Positions 19,599 through 29,135 of a stretch of 64,000 nucleotides of DNA are shown piece by piece. The DNA lies in the NCBI GenBank assembly GCA_041671225.1, contig JBAZBY010000001.1, positions 366,940 to 430,939 on the forward strand, given 5' to 3'. Source of the stretch: Patescibacteria group bacterium. Its GTDB lineage: Bacteria; Patescibacteriota; Patescibacteriia; JBAZBY01. Under the pieces are notes generated by a model that did not search any database, had not been told where the DNA came from, and was given only the letters and a program-made list of their open reading frames with translations. Within the stretch, counting starts at the first letter, position 1. The number at the start of each line of letters is the position of its first letter. The position numbers and the translations under genes were made by a program.

Positions 19599-21002
19599 TT
19601 ACCGAAGAATCACAATCCGGTCTCTGTCCGCCGGCCGGCCGTTGAAGGTCAGCAGGAGGAAGTAGACACCGGACCCGAGAGAATCAGGCACTTGGATGTT
19701 CTCGGCGTTGTAGCCGGAGAGCGTCCGTCCTTCGAATCCGAAGTCCGGCACCATCCGACCACGGACGTCGAACATCCGTAGACTTGCTTCGACTCCCTCT
19801 GGTGGCGCGCCGACTTCCACAAACAGCTGTTCACCCGGACGGACCGGACGTTGGCTGGCAGGGAAGACAGCGAGGGGTGTGGGAACCCCGGGCGGATCGT
19901 CGCCGACGCCGGTGACGTCGCCGCCAGGCTCGAAGAGCAGACCGCCCTTGAATGAGGACGCGGGCTTCTGCGCGTAGACTACCTGGCCCGTGAACTCACC
20001 ACTGGTTCGCTGCGCACTCCATGTATACGACTGGTTCTCCGCGGACGACGAGACGTCCTCGAACGTCGAGGAGATGCTCATGAACACCCTCTCCGCGTCC
20101 GTGCCGTACAAGTACACGAAGTTCGTCGCCATACTGGGTTCTTCCACGTAGCTGATCGGCAGGAACTGTAAGTGCGCCATTCCGGAGGCCGTTGCGTTGG
20201 CCGGGTCGGATGACATCCAGGTTCCTTCCCAGTTGTTCCAGATGCCGGTTTCACAGTGCCCCACCGTGCCACCCCCGTTGTCGAAGGTGCGGGTGATGGT
20301 ACCAGTGCCCACCGGTAGTTGGATCGTCGCGGCGACGTTGATACCCGACACGAAACACGTGGGGATGTTGAGGGAGCGCATGTATGCGCAGAGCGCCTTG
20401 GACATTGACGTGCAGTTGCCGCCATACGTCCGCACCTTTGCCATACCGCGCTGCTCAACGCCCACGTATCCCGTCACCATGTTGGTGAGCGGATTATCGC
20501 GTGCATGTACCGCGAACGCCGTGAGATCTGGGATCTCTGGGATACTGGTCGTGTAGGACGTGTAGTACGCACCCGGTTCAGGGATGTAGTCATCATCCAC
20601 ACCGTTGAGCGTCTGTCCACGCGTTCCACGTGCCGTCCAGCGGATCTCGAACGTCTGCGGAAACACGAAGCTCGTGTTCCGGAGATCAAATCCCACCAGC
20701 TCCCACTGTTGGGAAAAGTCCTCACTGTAGCCAGCGATCGGACTGTAGGTGTAGTTGATCGAACTCACGGAACAAAAGCTGTCCCACTCGTCCGGAAAGT
20801 CTAGACGCGGCCGTAGAACGTAGACCCAGAGGGAGGAGAGGTTGCTCGAGGAGAATCCCGAGATGGTAACCACTACCTTCCGCTCAATAGTCCAGTTCAT
20901 AGACTGCGAAGAACTTCCGTAGTCGTGGTAGGTTGTGGCACTGCTGGCCTGCGGAAGCAGGAGCAGCACCAGCAGAGCCACGAGCAGGATGCGCCCGCGC
21001 AT
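19599..21002 (-). CDS. secreted transglutaminase-like protein with T9SS type-A/FlgD-like C-terminal domain (SD-cassette class)
   Basis: Signal peptide; GNCTSMSKALCAYMRSLNIP..VSG, GHCE, WMSSDP triad; C-terminal TGVGD...LRMFDVRGRMV...SGVYFLLL...RIVILR; GGGAGG SD. Confidence 0.8.
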   Translation of the reverse strand: MRGRILLVALLVLLLLPQASSATTYHDYGSSSQSMNWTIERKVVVTISGFSSSNLSSLWVYVLRPRLDFPDEWDSFCSVSSINYTYSPIAGYSEDFSQQWELVGFDLRNTSFVFPQTFEIRWTARGTRGQTLNGVDDDYIPEPGAYYTSYTTSIPEIPDLTAFAVHARDNPLTNMVTGYVGVEQRGMAKVRTYGGNCTSMSKALCAYMRSLNIPTCFVSGINVAATIQLPVGTGTITRTFDNGGGTVGHCETGIWNNWEGTWMSSDPANATASGMAHLQFLPISYVEEPSMATNFVYLYGTDAERVFMSISSTFEDVSSSAENQSYTWSAQRTSGEFTGQVVYAQKPASSFKGGLLFEPGGDVTGVGDDPPGVPTPLAVFPASQRPVRPGEQLFVEVGAPPEGVEASLRMFDVRGRMVPDFGFEGRTLSGYNAENIQVPDSLGSGVYFLLLTFNGRPADRDRIVILR

Positions 21003-21004
21003 GG

Positions 21005-21625
21005 CTACTGCCCTCCCGTCGTAATCTCACAGATCTCCGTCTGGTTGACCGTGTCCCAGATGATGCCGACCGCGAAGTCGAGCATCGTCGTGATGACAGG
21101 GTCGCCATTGGCGGTGATTGCAAGCGTTCGGACAGGCTGTCCTTCCTGGAACGGCGAGGTAAGCGGCGCCTTAACCGGCGACGCGGACGCGGTCTGCATC
21201 AGCGTACTGGCCAGTGCCGTGACCTGGGCGTGGTCTGCTCCGGTGAGCAGAACATACCCGTTGCCATTCATGGAGATCTTCTTGTTTTCGCGGACGGACT
21301 TGTAGTCCTGGGTGAGCGGGATCGAGAATATGAGGATCGGCTTGAGCTGCACCGGATGCGGTACACTCATGTCTTCTCCCGTACTCTCATCCACACTGCC
21401 ACCCGCAGCCGGCATAGTGACGGTGAACAGGTCGCCCTGCTTGCCGTTCATGACGGTATTGTCCGCGCATAGCGCGATGACGATGCCTCCGTTCATGGAC
21501 TCCGCAGCGAGCGGTTCCATGACAGCGAACATCGGTGCCGGGCCAGAGATCGGCCGCGACATTTCGGGTGAGCCTGCCCCCATCGTGACGAGGAACAGGG
21601 CCGCCATCAGGCTAACGCGTTTCAT
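21005..21625 (-). CDS. secreted hypothetical protein (SD-cassette class)
   Basis: MKRVSLMAALFLVTMGAG signal-like N-terminus; AAGGA SD. Confidence 0.7.
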   Translation of the reverse strand: MKRVSLMAALFLVTMGAGSPEMSRPISGPAPMFAVMEPLAAESMNGGIVIALCADNTVMNGKQGDLFTVTMPAAGGSVDESTGEDMSVPHPVQLKPILIFSIPLTQDYKSVRENKKISMNGNGYVLLTGADHAQVTALASTLMQTASASPVKAPLTSPFQEGQPVRTLAITANGDPVITTMLDFAVGIIWDTVNQTEICEITTGGQ

Positions 21626-21659
21626 GGCGTTGTCCTTTCTCACGCGTTGCGTGGGGTTG

Positions 21660-21971
21660 TTAACGGGTGACCTTCTTCCAGTCCTTGGCCTTGATGCCTC
21701 CCCACGTCGTCGGCTCCGCAGGCGGAGGGGGCGGAGGGGGCGGAGGGTTGGGGCCCAGGAAGAGCGAGTCCACAGGAGCGTCCGTTGACATCGTGGTATT
21801 CAGGCCGGTGATGTTGTGATCCATAGGCTGCGGCGCCAGCGTGATCGGCTGGGTTGCAGCCTGGCTCGCGGTGTCGTCGTTCGTCGGCGCAAGCACCGAA
21901 TCGGTGCCGCAACCAGCAAACAACGCCACGCATACGAGCGCGGCGAGGGTGAGTAGTTGGAACCGTTTCAC
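21660..21971 (-). CDS. lipoprotein with poly-Pro linker and C-terminal TWGxIK motif (SD-cassette class)
   Basis: GTG start after GAGGTG; lipobox LFAGC; PPPPPPPPPAEPTTWGGIKAKDWKK. Confidence 0.75.
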   Translation of the reverse strand: MKRFQLLTLAALVCVALFAGCGTDSVLAPTNDDTASQAATQPITLAPQPMDHNITGLNTTMSTDAPVDSLFLGPNPPPPPPPPPAEPTTWGGIKAKDWKKVTR

Positions 21972-22138
21972 GGGTTCACCTCTTTCTTGTCCTTGCACGA
22001 GTTGTCAAGGATCTTCTGCGGTAAACCTCCCCCGCGTTTGGGGAAGGGCTTTTCCCGGATTCGGATGTATTCCGAGACCCTGAAAAGCACCTAACCTAAT
22101 CATAAACCCGCCCAGACGTCAAGGCCAGGACCGGATAT

Positions 22139-22176
22139 GTCATTGCGAGCCTAATTCTGCGAAGGTGTGGCAATCT
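22139..22176. repeat. REP-like element (GTCATTGCGAG...GTGGCAATCT type)
   Basis: gtcattgcgagcctaattctgcgaaggtgtggcaatct. Confidence 0.55.
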
Positions 22177-22260
22177 TGTGGTATACAGAAGGGCGAGATA
22201 ACAAGAGTACCGCGACCTCTCCTTCAGCAGACGCAGGGCAGGGTTCTCAATGATAAATTG

Positions 22261-22584
22261 TTATTCTCCAACTATGCCGTCAGTTGCCTCCAGGCATTGG
22301 ATCAAGTTCGGTGTCAGCGTCCAGCCGCATTCGCCTGATGGCTGGCGTTCGCACGTGGCGTCTTGGTAGCAGGCATATTCCTGTTTGTACACACAGTCGG
22401 TGATGATTTCCTCATCACTACAGACTTGCCCACTGCAGCCGGTTTTGATACACGGTGCCAGCGTGGTTTCGGTTATGGGGGGTGTTTCCTCGGTTTTGAG
22501 ATTATTTTCCCATATCCACCACGCGCCCCATACAACAAAAATGAGGCCAAGAATAATGAGGCATTTTGTACACCATCGTTTCAT
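22261..22584 (-). CDS. membrane-anchored cysteine-cluster (eight-cysteine-cluster-like) protein
   Basis: CIKTGCSGQVC...TDC...ACY..ATC.....GECGW after an N-terminal TM helix. Confidence 0.75.
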   Translation of the reverse strand: MKRWCTKCLIILGLIFVVWGAWWIWENNLKTEETPPITETTLAPCIKTGCSGQVCSDEEIITDCVYKQEYACYQDATCERQPSGECGWTLTPNLIQCLEATDGIVGE

Positions 22585-22805
22585 ATAGAGGGAGTATAGC
22601 AGTTATGGATACTTGACAAAATTAGTATTTGTGCTTTAATAAGTGGTTATTCTGGTAGCATGTTCTTTATTATTCGTTGGTAGCGGATATGGCATGCGTA
22701 TACACGCGTGCTTTATCTGCTACTGACGCTCCAACGCGGAGTTATGCAGCGGACGGTGGTCGCGTACCGATAGAGAAACGCGGCACAACCTCTCGGAGGT
22801 GGATG

Positions 22806-23204
22806 ATGCACGTCAGTATTTCTTGGATAATCCCAACGGAGGTTTACTACCCAGAACTGATAGGCCACGTCGAATGCCATCTGCGACCCTATGTGGAAGT
22901 GGTCGCGGCGATGCTTCCCCAAAAAGGGTGGGGCGGCATCACATTCAGCGTTGAAAAATGGTCGGACGCACGTGGAGCTCTCAATTGGGTTCGCCACAAC
23001 CTCGAGAAGTACTGGATGGCCGGGTCGTTCAGCATCTCGATTGAAGGGGTGGCCCTTGAGGGATACCTTGAGAATGTCTTAGACGAGCGGGATCGATACA
23101 AGATGGCCATTGCCGCGGCGATCCGCGTGATCAAGGGATCACGTTTTCAGGTTCCCAGCTCCGCTCTCAAGAAGGTCCGAAAGGACCTCGAGGCGGCTCT
23201 CTAG
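22806..23204 (+). CDS. hypothetical protein (SD-cassette class)
   Basis: GGAGGT SD; TTGACA at 22613; terminator cccggg...cccggg plus T run at about 23215-23278. Confidence 0.65.
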   Translation: MHVSISWIIPTEVYYPELIGHVECHLRPYVEVVAAMLPQKGWGGITFSVEKWSDARGALNWVRHNLEKYWMAGSFSISIEGVALEGYLENVLDERDRYKMAIAAAIRVIKGSRFQVPSSALKKVRKDLEAAL

Positions 23205-23325
23205 CAGGTTAAGACCCGGGCGCGCTCTGTCATGCAAGACCTCCAATTGCATACACGAGCGCCCCGGGCTGCTTTTTTATATACAAAAAACTAGCGCAGC
23301 ACTGTGCGCCCGTACACGTTTTATT

Positions 23326-23820
23326 CTAGCCCTGCGCGTTCAGCTCCCGCTCCGCGCGGTCTGCGAGTTCCAGCAGCGTTCCGGTTTCTTCCAGAGAGAA
23401 GTTGCGCGGCTTGGTGTCTTTCACGCAAAAGACGCCGACCGGGAGATGCTGTTTTTCATCATGCAGTGCAACACCGGCATAAAAACGGATGTGTGGCGGT
23501 CCGGTCACCATCGGGTTATCGGAAAAGGTCGGATCCTTCTTTGTATCCTCCACGATGAAGACTTTTTTGTCTGACACCAATGCATGCCCGCAGAATGATG
23601 AAGAGCGTGGACCTTCCCAACTCTCTAGCCCGATGCAGGATTTGAACCATTCGCGGTCTTTGTCGATGATGGAGATGGTCGAGATGGGCACATGCAGGCG
23701 CTGGATTGCTTCGCGCGTGAGCCTGTCGAATCGTTCATCAGGCGGCGTATCCAAGATTTCCAAAGCGCGCACCACGGCAAGGCGCTCGTTTTCATTTTCT
23801 GGTATTGGCGCGTTTTTCAT
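23326..23820 (-). CDS. stand-alone GAF-domain protein
   Basis: ILDTPPDERFDRLT, SFCGHA, DNPMV, IRFYAGVAL, FCVKDTKPR. Confidence 0.9.
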   Translation of the reverse strand: MKNAPIPENENERLAVVRALEILDTPPDERFDRLTREAIQRLHVPISTISIIDKDREWFKSCIGLESWEGPRSSSFCGHALVSDKKVFIVEDTKKDPTFSDNPMVTGPPHIRFYAGVALHDEKQHLPVGVFCVKDTKPRNFSLEETGTLLELADRAERELNAQG

Positions 23821-23888
23821 ATCCTTCCTTGTTATACTCGTATGATACGAAAAACGGTGTGCATTGTCTATAAAGTCTCCTCTACAAC

Positions 23889-25652
23889 CTATTCAATAAA
23901 CCCGCCGGCTTGGAGTTCCCAAAGTTTTTTGTACAGGCCGTCTTTTTGTGCGAGAAGCCCGTCATGCGTTCCTTCTTCTTTGATGCTGCCATGATCCACA
24001 ACGATGATGCGATCCATTTTATTGATGGTTGAAAGGCGATGCGCAATCACGATGGTGGTCTTGCCTTCCATAAGCCGCGCGAGTGCGTCTTGGATAAGCG
24101 CTTCAACATGTGAATCGAGCGAGCTTGTTGCTTCATCGAGCACAAGAATAGGAGCATCCTTGAGAATCGCGCGGGCGATAGCAACCCGCTGGCGCTCTCC
24201 TCCGGAAAGTTTGATGCCGCGTTCGCCGACGTAGGTTTCATAGCCGTCCGGAAGCTGGGAGATGAACTCATCACAATGCGCTGCCTGCGCGGCCGCGAGC
24301 ACTTCTTCATTTGTTGCTTCTGGCTTGCCATAGCGAATATTCTCCTTGAGCGTGCGGTGAAAGAGAATAGGATCCTGCGGCACAAACGCCATAGTACTGC
24401 GGAGTGAATCCTGCGTCGCGTGCGCGATGTTCTTGCCGTCAATGGTAATAGCACCGTCCGTCACGTTGAAGAAACGGAAGAGTAATCCGACAATCGTTGT
24501 TTTGCCCGCGCCAGAGGGTCCCACGAGTCCTATCTTTTCTCCCGGACGCACGGTGAGCGAGAAGTCCTTAATAACGTCGCGCGTTTGGTGGTATGCAAAG
24601 CGCACGTGATCAAAGCGCACCTCACCGTTGGTGACGATGAGCGGTTGTGCATTTGGCGCGTCTTGCACGTCGTATGGAGTTTCAAGAATTTCCACCATTT
24701 CTTCTGCGCGCGCAAAGTCTTGGTACATGCGTTGCACCATGCGACCGAATTGCCAGATATGGACGAAGACAAGCAATAAGTATGATTGGATCAACGCGAA
24801 GTCGCCGATAGTGAACGCGCCTTTTTCCCATTGCTGAACTGCGAGATAAAAAACAGCGAATTCAAGAAAAGCCATGAGCAAGCCTTGCACCGTGTCTGAC
24901 CACTGGCCAAGATCATAGATGAACGTACGGATCTTCCGTTGCTGCGTTGTCTTTTTTTCGTAGCCCTTTTTCTCGCTCGGTAACGCAGAAAAAAGCTTCA
25001 CGTTTTGGTTGTTCGTGATGGTGTCTGCAAGATATGCCGTGGTTTCTGAATCGATCTCTGCCGCGCGCACGTCGTATTTCATCTTCCATATGGCAAACCA
25101 ATAATTCAATGAGAGAAACACGATCGTCCACGCGAGCATGAGCAATCCGATGGTTGGCTTCCAGATAAGCAAAACACCGATGACGACGATGATACGGAGA
25201 AAAAGGGGAATGAGATCGAAGTTCAGCCGGTCTTGGATGTTCTCAAATGAATCAACGACGCGATTCGCCTTACGCACCAATGAACCCACAAATCGATTGA
25301 TAAAGAAGGTGTATGAATGCCCGTGAAGGCGCGTGAAGGTTTCATTTGAAAGACCTTCAAGCGTTTTTGGTTGGAAGCGATTATAGGTGAAGCCACCCAG
25401 ACGAAAAAGGGATTGCTGGATGAGGTGAATGATCAGGATCAGAACGATGGTATGAAAAAGCCGACCGGCAATATCCGTATTCTGGCCCGAGCCCTCGCCT
25501 AAAATATCGAAGAATTTTTTGTAATAGAGCGGAGCAACGAGTCCCATGATGACCGCGCTCGCAAAACCCGCATACCCAAAAAACCCGGACCACGGGTGTT
25601 TTTTTGTGTGCCGCCAATAGAGGCGGATCGTTTGCTTGGTAATTTGTTTCAT
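23889..25652 (-). CDS. ABC transporter, fused permease/ATPase exporter
   Basis: TM domain; GPSGAGKT, LSGGERQR, LDEATS, IAHRLST. Confidence 0.95.
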   Translation of the reverse strand: MKQITKQTIRLYWRHTKKHPWSGFFGYAGFASAVIMGLVAPLYYKKFFDILGEGSGQNTDIAGRLFHTIVLILIIHLIQQSLFRLGGFTYNRFQPKTLEGLSNETFTRLHGHSYTFFINRFVGSLVRKANRVVDSFENIQDRLNFDLIPLFLRIIVVIGVLLIWKPTIGLLMLAWTIVFLSLNYWFAIWKMKYDVRAAEIDSETTAYLADTITNNQNVKLFSALPSEKKGYEKKTTQQRKIRTFIYDLGQWSDTVQGLLMAFLEFAVFYLAVQQWEKGAFTIGDFALIQSYLLLVFVHIWQFGRMVQRMYQDFARAEEMVEILETPYDVQDAPNAQPLIVTNGEVRFDHVRFAYHQTRDVIKDFSLTVRPGEKIGLVGPSGAGKTTIVGLLFRFFNVTDGAITIDGKNIAHATQDSLRSTMAFVPQDPILFHRTLKENIRYGKPEATNEEVLAAAQAAHCDEFISQLPDGYETYVGERGIKLSGGERQRVAIARAILKDAPILVLDEATSSLDSHVEALIQDALARLMEGKTTIVIAHRLSTINKMDRIIVVDHGSIKEEGTHDGLLAQKDGLYKKLWELQAGGFIE

Positions 25653-25770
25653 TGCAGAATAAAAGAGTGCCGGAGAGTATACTATACATCCGGCTTATGA
25701 GCAAGAAAACGCCCAAAAAGAGTGGTGCGTGGAGTGAAAGTGGCACGGTTGTTTCTTGTGGTCACAAATT

Positions 25771-26055
25771 TTACGGAGTGAGTCCCTTGATGGTATCCGG
25801 ATACTCCGGAAAGTAGTGTTCAATCTCTCGAAGGTTGAAGGAACGCAGAATGTCCGTATTCGGCTCACGTTCCAAAAGAAAACGGAACGATGCTTCGATG
25901 AACTTTTCCATGCTTATGTGCCCCGCAGTGAGCATGTCATAGTAGGGCTTATCAACCGTGACGCGGTGTTGTGTCTTTTGCTTACCATCAATATCAACGA
26001 GAAACTGGAAGCTGTTGTGATCATCAAGTATGTATGTGATTGAGATGGCATTCAT
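25771..26055 (-). CDS. conserved hypothetical protein
   Basis: ASFRFLLEREP...ILRSFNL..IEHYFPEY motif. Confidence 0.7.
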   Translation of the reverse strand: MNAISITYILDDHNSFQFLVDIDGKQKTQHRVTVDKPYYDMLTAGHISMEKFIEASFRFLLEREPNTDILRSFNLREIEHYFPEYPDTIKGLTP

Positions 26056-26066
26056 TTTTGGGTTCT

Positions 26067-26603
26067 TTATTTTATGCTGATCTCATATTGGTATGCATTC
26101 ACATGCCCGAACCCTTCTTCTCCCTCAGGCGCATAATGAAGCGTGCCGCATACCGCCACTTCGCCAAAACACGTCTGCTGGCCGAATTCCGTGAGTGTGC
26201 AATCAACGCCTGGTTCGTCATCAAGTGAAGCGCCCGTCACCCACACCCACGGTTTATTGATGATGCGATCCCCATTATCAGCAATACGAAAGTCCGGACC
26301 AATAGCTGAGAATTCAAAGCTTCCCTGATAAAAACCTTCAAGGCATATCTCTTTGTCATCGTAACTTTCTGGGTTCGCATCAATGGTGCTGATAGCGTTG
26401 GGGAGGGACGGAAGCGCTTCTCCGGTAACGGGATGTATAAAGGTTGGTTGAATGTCATCCGCTGGGGTTGTTGTGATGGCGGTATTGGTATTGATGTTTT
26501 CGGTTACCTCTCCATTGTCACGTGACGCGACAATGAAACTCACAAGAAGAATAACCACAACAGCAACACTGATGCCGATGGCCGCGCTTTTTTTATGATT
26601 CAT
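26067..26603 (-). CDS. membrane-anchored hypothetical protein
   Basis: N-terminal TM, Thr/Asn linker, small beta domain with Cys residues. Confidence 0.65.
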   Translation of the reverse strand: MNHKKSAAIGISVAVVVILLVSFIVASRDNGEVTENINTNTAITTTPADDIQPTFIHPVTGEALPSLPNAISTIDANPESYDDKEICLEGFYQGSFEFSAIGPDFRIADNGDRIINKPWVWVTGASLDDEPGVDCTLTEFGQQTCFGEVAVCGTLHYAPEGEEGFGHVNAYQYEISIK

Positions 26604-26616
26604 TGGTGTGAGATTT

Positions 26617-27063
26617 TTACGAATAAGTGCCATGATTGATGGTGAGAACAAATGGATAATGGTCTCGGTGCCATTTCAGAATAGCGCCGGTGAGTGGCTT
26701 GGGGAAGAGCCGCACCTTTTGGAGTGATGCAATTGGGTGCCACGAGAAGACAAGATGATTTTCTTGCGAAGTTCCAGCACCCTTTGGCAGACGGCCTGCA
26801 TAAAGAAGATTCACTTCATATCGTTCCGCAAAACGGTTTTCCACTGCGCCAATCGCGCGCACGGACGTGGCGCGCACCCCGAGCTCTTCGCGCATTTCCC
26901 GGCGCAGTGCCTGGGCACCTGTTTCTTCTTTCTTGATGCCACCCCCAGGAAGGAAGTACCATCGCTCGCCTTTAAGTTGCACGAGTAGGATTTCATTGCC
27001 ACTCAAAAAAACACCGCGCGTGACCATTTCCTGCGGTGCGGTCCGGTGCGGGCGCTTATTCAT
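26617..27063 (-). CDS. NUDIX hydrolase
   Basis: LPGGGIKKEETGAQALRREMREELG. Confidence 0.88.
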   Translation of the reverse strand: MNKRPHRTAPQEMVTRGVFLSGNEILLVQLKGERWYFLPGGGIKKEETGAQALRREMREELGVRATSVRAIGAVENRFAERYEVNLLYAGRLPKGAGTSQENHLVFSWHPIASLQKVRLFPKPLTGAILKWHRDHYPFVLTINHGTYS

Positions 27064-27337
27064 AAAATGCGACAACGAATTCGCTGAACCCCTTGATTTC
27101 GCCTTCTTTCGGTTCGACGCGTTCCACATGCGCGCGATCCGTACCCTCATTCACCCACGCGATGAACTGCTTCATCTGTTCTTCTTTTCCTTCAGCCTCA
27201 ATATAGACCGTTCCGTCGGGTTCATTGCGTATGAATCCCGCAATGCCAAGTTCCTGCGCGATCTGCTTTGCAGCGTCGCGGAAGAAGACTCCCTGCACTT
27301 TTCCATGTACTCGAATGTTGAGATGTTGCTTTGCCAT
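27056..27337 (-). CDS. acyP: acylphosphatase
   Basis: VHGKVQGVFFR, GFIRNEPDGTVYIEAEG. Confidence 0.95.
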   Translation of the reverse strand: MAKQHLNIRVHGKVQGVFFRDAAKQIAQELGIAGFIRNEPDGTVYIEAEGKEEQMKQFIAWVNEGTDRAHVERVEPKEGEIKGFSEFVVAFYE

Positions 27338-27358
27338 AGGTATACTTAGTGTACCACT

Positions 27359-27760
27359 ATGGCAACGGTCTTCACAAAAATATTACAGGGGGAGATTCCA
27401 GGGAGAATCATTGCACAGAACGAGCATTGTTTTGCTTTGCTTGATATCCGCCCGGCTCAGCCCGGCCACACCCTCATTATTCCAAAACAAGAAGTGGATT
27501 ATTTTTTTGATTTAGATGAGGCGCTTCTCAATGAAATGATGCATTTTTCAAAGAAGGTCGCTGCGGCAATACAAAAAGCGACCGGCGCATCACGCATTGG
27601 CGTGAAGGTGGTTGGCCTTGAAGTGCCCCATGCGCATATTCATCTTATTCCCATTCACCACGAGCTGGAGATGGATTCGGCACGTGCGGTACAGATGTCC
27701 GCCACAGAGCTTGATGCGATGAAAGAAAAAATTATCGCAGCGCTTGGCGATACGGTGTAG
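27359..27760 (+). CDS. HIT-family nucleotide hydrolase
   Basis: TVFTKILQGEIP, GHTLIIPK, VPHAHIHLIP. Confidence 0.93.
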   Translation: MATVFTKILQGEIPGRIIAQNEHCFALLDIRPAQPGHTLIIPKQEVDYFFDLDEALLNEMMHFSKKVAAAIQKATGASRIGVKVVGLEVPHAHIHLIPIHHELEMDSARAVQMSATELDAMKEKIIAALGDTV

Positions 27761-27776
27761 TGTCGCCCTCTTCCTG

Positions 27777-28040
27777 TTATCGGTCGAGGATTTTTTGTGC
27801 TGGTGTTCGGCGGTCTTCTTGTGCTGGCGCGATGAAGCTTTGTTTCAGCAGCCAATACGTGAGTCCAAATAACCCAAGTCCGATTACAGTAAAAAGGAGA
27901 ATAAAACCTTGTTGGAATATAAAGAGACTCGCGTCAATGTTATAGATGAACATATAGAATGTGAGCAGGATGAGCCACACAGACGCCACAAAGAGACGTA
28001 AGGCGGTGTGGTGGTCGTGTTGCGGTAGTGGTGCTGACAT
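27777..28040 (-). CDS. small membrane protein
   Basis: 87 aa, two TM segments. Confidence 0.6.
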   Translation of the reverse strand: MSAPLPQHDHHTALRLFVASVWLILLTFYMFIYNIDASLFIFQQGFILLFTVIGLGLFGLTYWLLKQSFIAPAQEDRRTPAQKILDR

Positions 28041-28044
28041 AGGA

Positions 28045-28695
28045 TTACACCTCCAACGATTCTCCGGGGCCGAGTGGTTTCACAGTAATGCCCGCTTCCC
28101 CAAGATTCTCTGCCGCAATAATATTTTGACCTTTAATAAAAAAGTCCTTGAAATACGCATCATGAATAGGAATGACGATCTTGGGGTGGACTTTTTTGGC
28201 GTATGCAAATGCTTCAAATCGCGGTCCCCAGGGTGAGACGATCGGTAGGGCAAGTACTTGGATTTCACCGTATGGAATTTCACCAAGGAAAGAATCACCT
28301 GGATGATAGACGGTGCCATTCACAATAAAGCCAATATTGTCCGGGGATGTTTTTGTGGTATGACCATGGGCTGCTGCAACGCCGATGATGGTGAATGCAC
28401 CAAGAACCTTTGTTTCTCCGGGTTGGATGATCTCCGCATGTAGTCCGTCCTTTTTTGTTTTTTCTGCGAGTTGCACATTGGTGATGATCGGTATGGCTTG
28501 CTCATGGAGGATCTGCTGTATGACATCGGGCGCATAATGGTCTGGGTGTTCATGCGTCAGTAAGATGCCATTGGGGATTGGGATATCCTTAGGATCGATA
28601 GGGTCAAGATATAAAACACCACCTGGGTCAATGAGAAGTTTCTCATCGCCCTCTTCCAGCATCAGGCAGGAATGACCATATTTGGTTATGCGCAT
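28045..28695 (-). CDS. MBL-fold metallo-hydrolase
   Basis: GHSC, LIDPG, THEHPDH, YHPGD, IPIHD. Confidence 0.9.
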   Translation of the reverse strand: MRITKYGHSCLMLEEGDEKLLIDPGGVLYLDPIDPKDIPIPNGILLTHEHPDHYAPDVIQQILHEQAIPIITNVQLAEKTKKDGLHAEIIQPGETKVLGAFTIIGVAAAHGHTTKTSPDNIGFIVNGTVYHPGDSFLGEIPYGEIQVLALPIVSPWGPRFEAFAYAKKVHPKIVIPIHDAYFKDFFIKGQNIIAAENLGEAGITVKPLGPGESLEV

Positions 28696-28728
28696 AAAGG
28701 TATTGTAACGAAAAAGAAGGGGAAACGT

Positions 28729-29076
28729 CTAATGCTTTGTTATTGTCATGCGGGATTTCCACTGGTACTGTTTCATATCCACAAAAAAGTTCCCGTCGCG
28801 TTCCGTGACCTCGACGCCGTCTTTTTCAAGAAGAATTTTTTGCTCGTTTGCATTATGTTCCGGGCAGGTTGTGGAGATGTATCCTTTTGCATTGATGACG
28901 CGCCACCACGGCATGGTGTGGAGGATGGTGTCGTCAACCGCATGGAGCGCCCAGCCAACGAGCCGTGCGCCGCGCGGCATTCCGGCAAGCGCCGCGATCT
29001 GGCCATAGCTAGCAACACGGCCGCGGGGGATCTTGCGGCAGACGGCGTAGATATGTTGGTACGTTCCGTGGGGCAT
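28729..29076 (-). CDS. alkyltransferase-like (ATL/YbaZ-type) DNA-binding protein
   Basis: IPRGRVASYGQIA, ARLVGWAL, PWWRV in place of catalytic PCHR. Confidence 0.88.
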   Translation of the reverse strand: MPHGTYQHIYAVCRKIPRGRVASYGQIAALAGMPRGARLVGWALHAVDDTILHTMPWWRVINAKGYISTTCPEHNANEQKILLEKDGVEVTERDGNFFVDMKQYQWKSRMTITKH

Positions 29077-29135
29077 ATCTGTACATTACAACAAAAACAC
29101 CCATGAAGGGTACATCACGTCACCGTGGTGGGTGT

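Noticed and set aside
13814-22122. Prophage, IS, retron or DGR as the explanation of the ORFan cassettes
   Set aside because: No recognisable integrase, transposase, reverse transcriptase, phage structural gene or template/variable repeat pair in the window.
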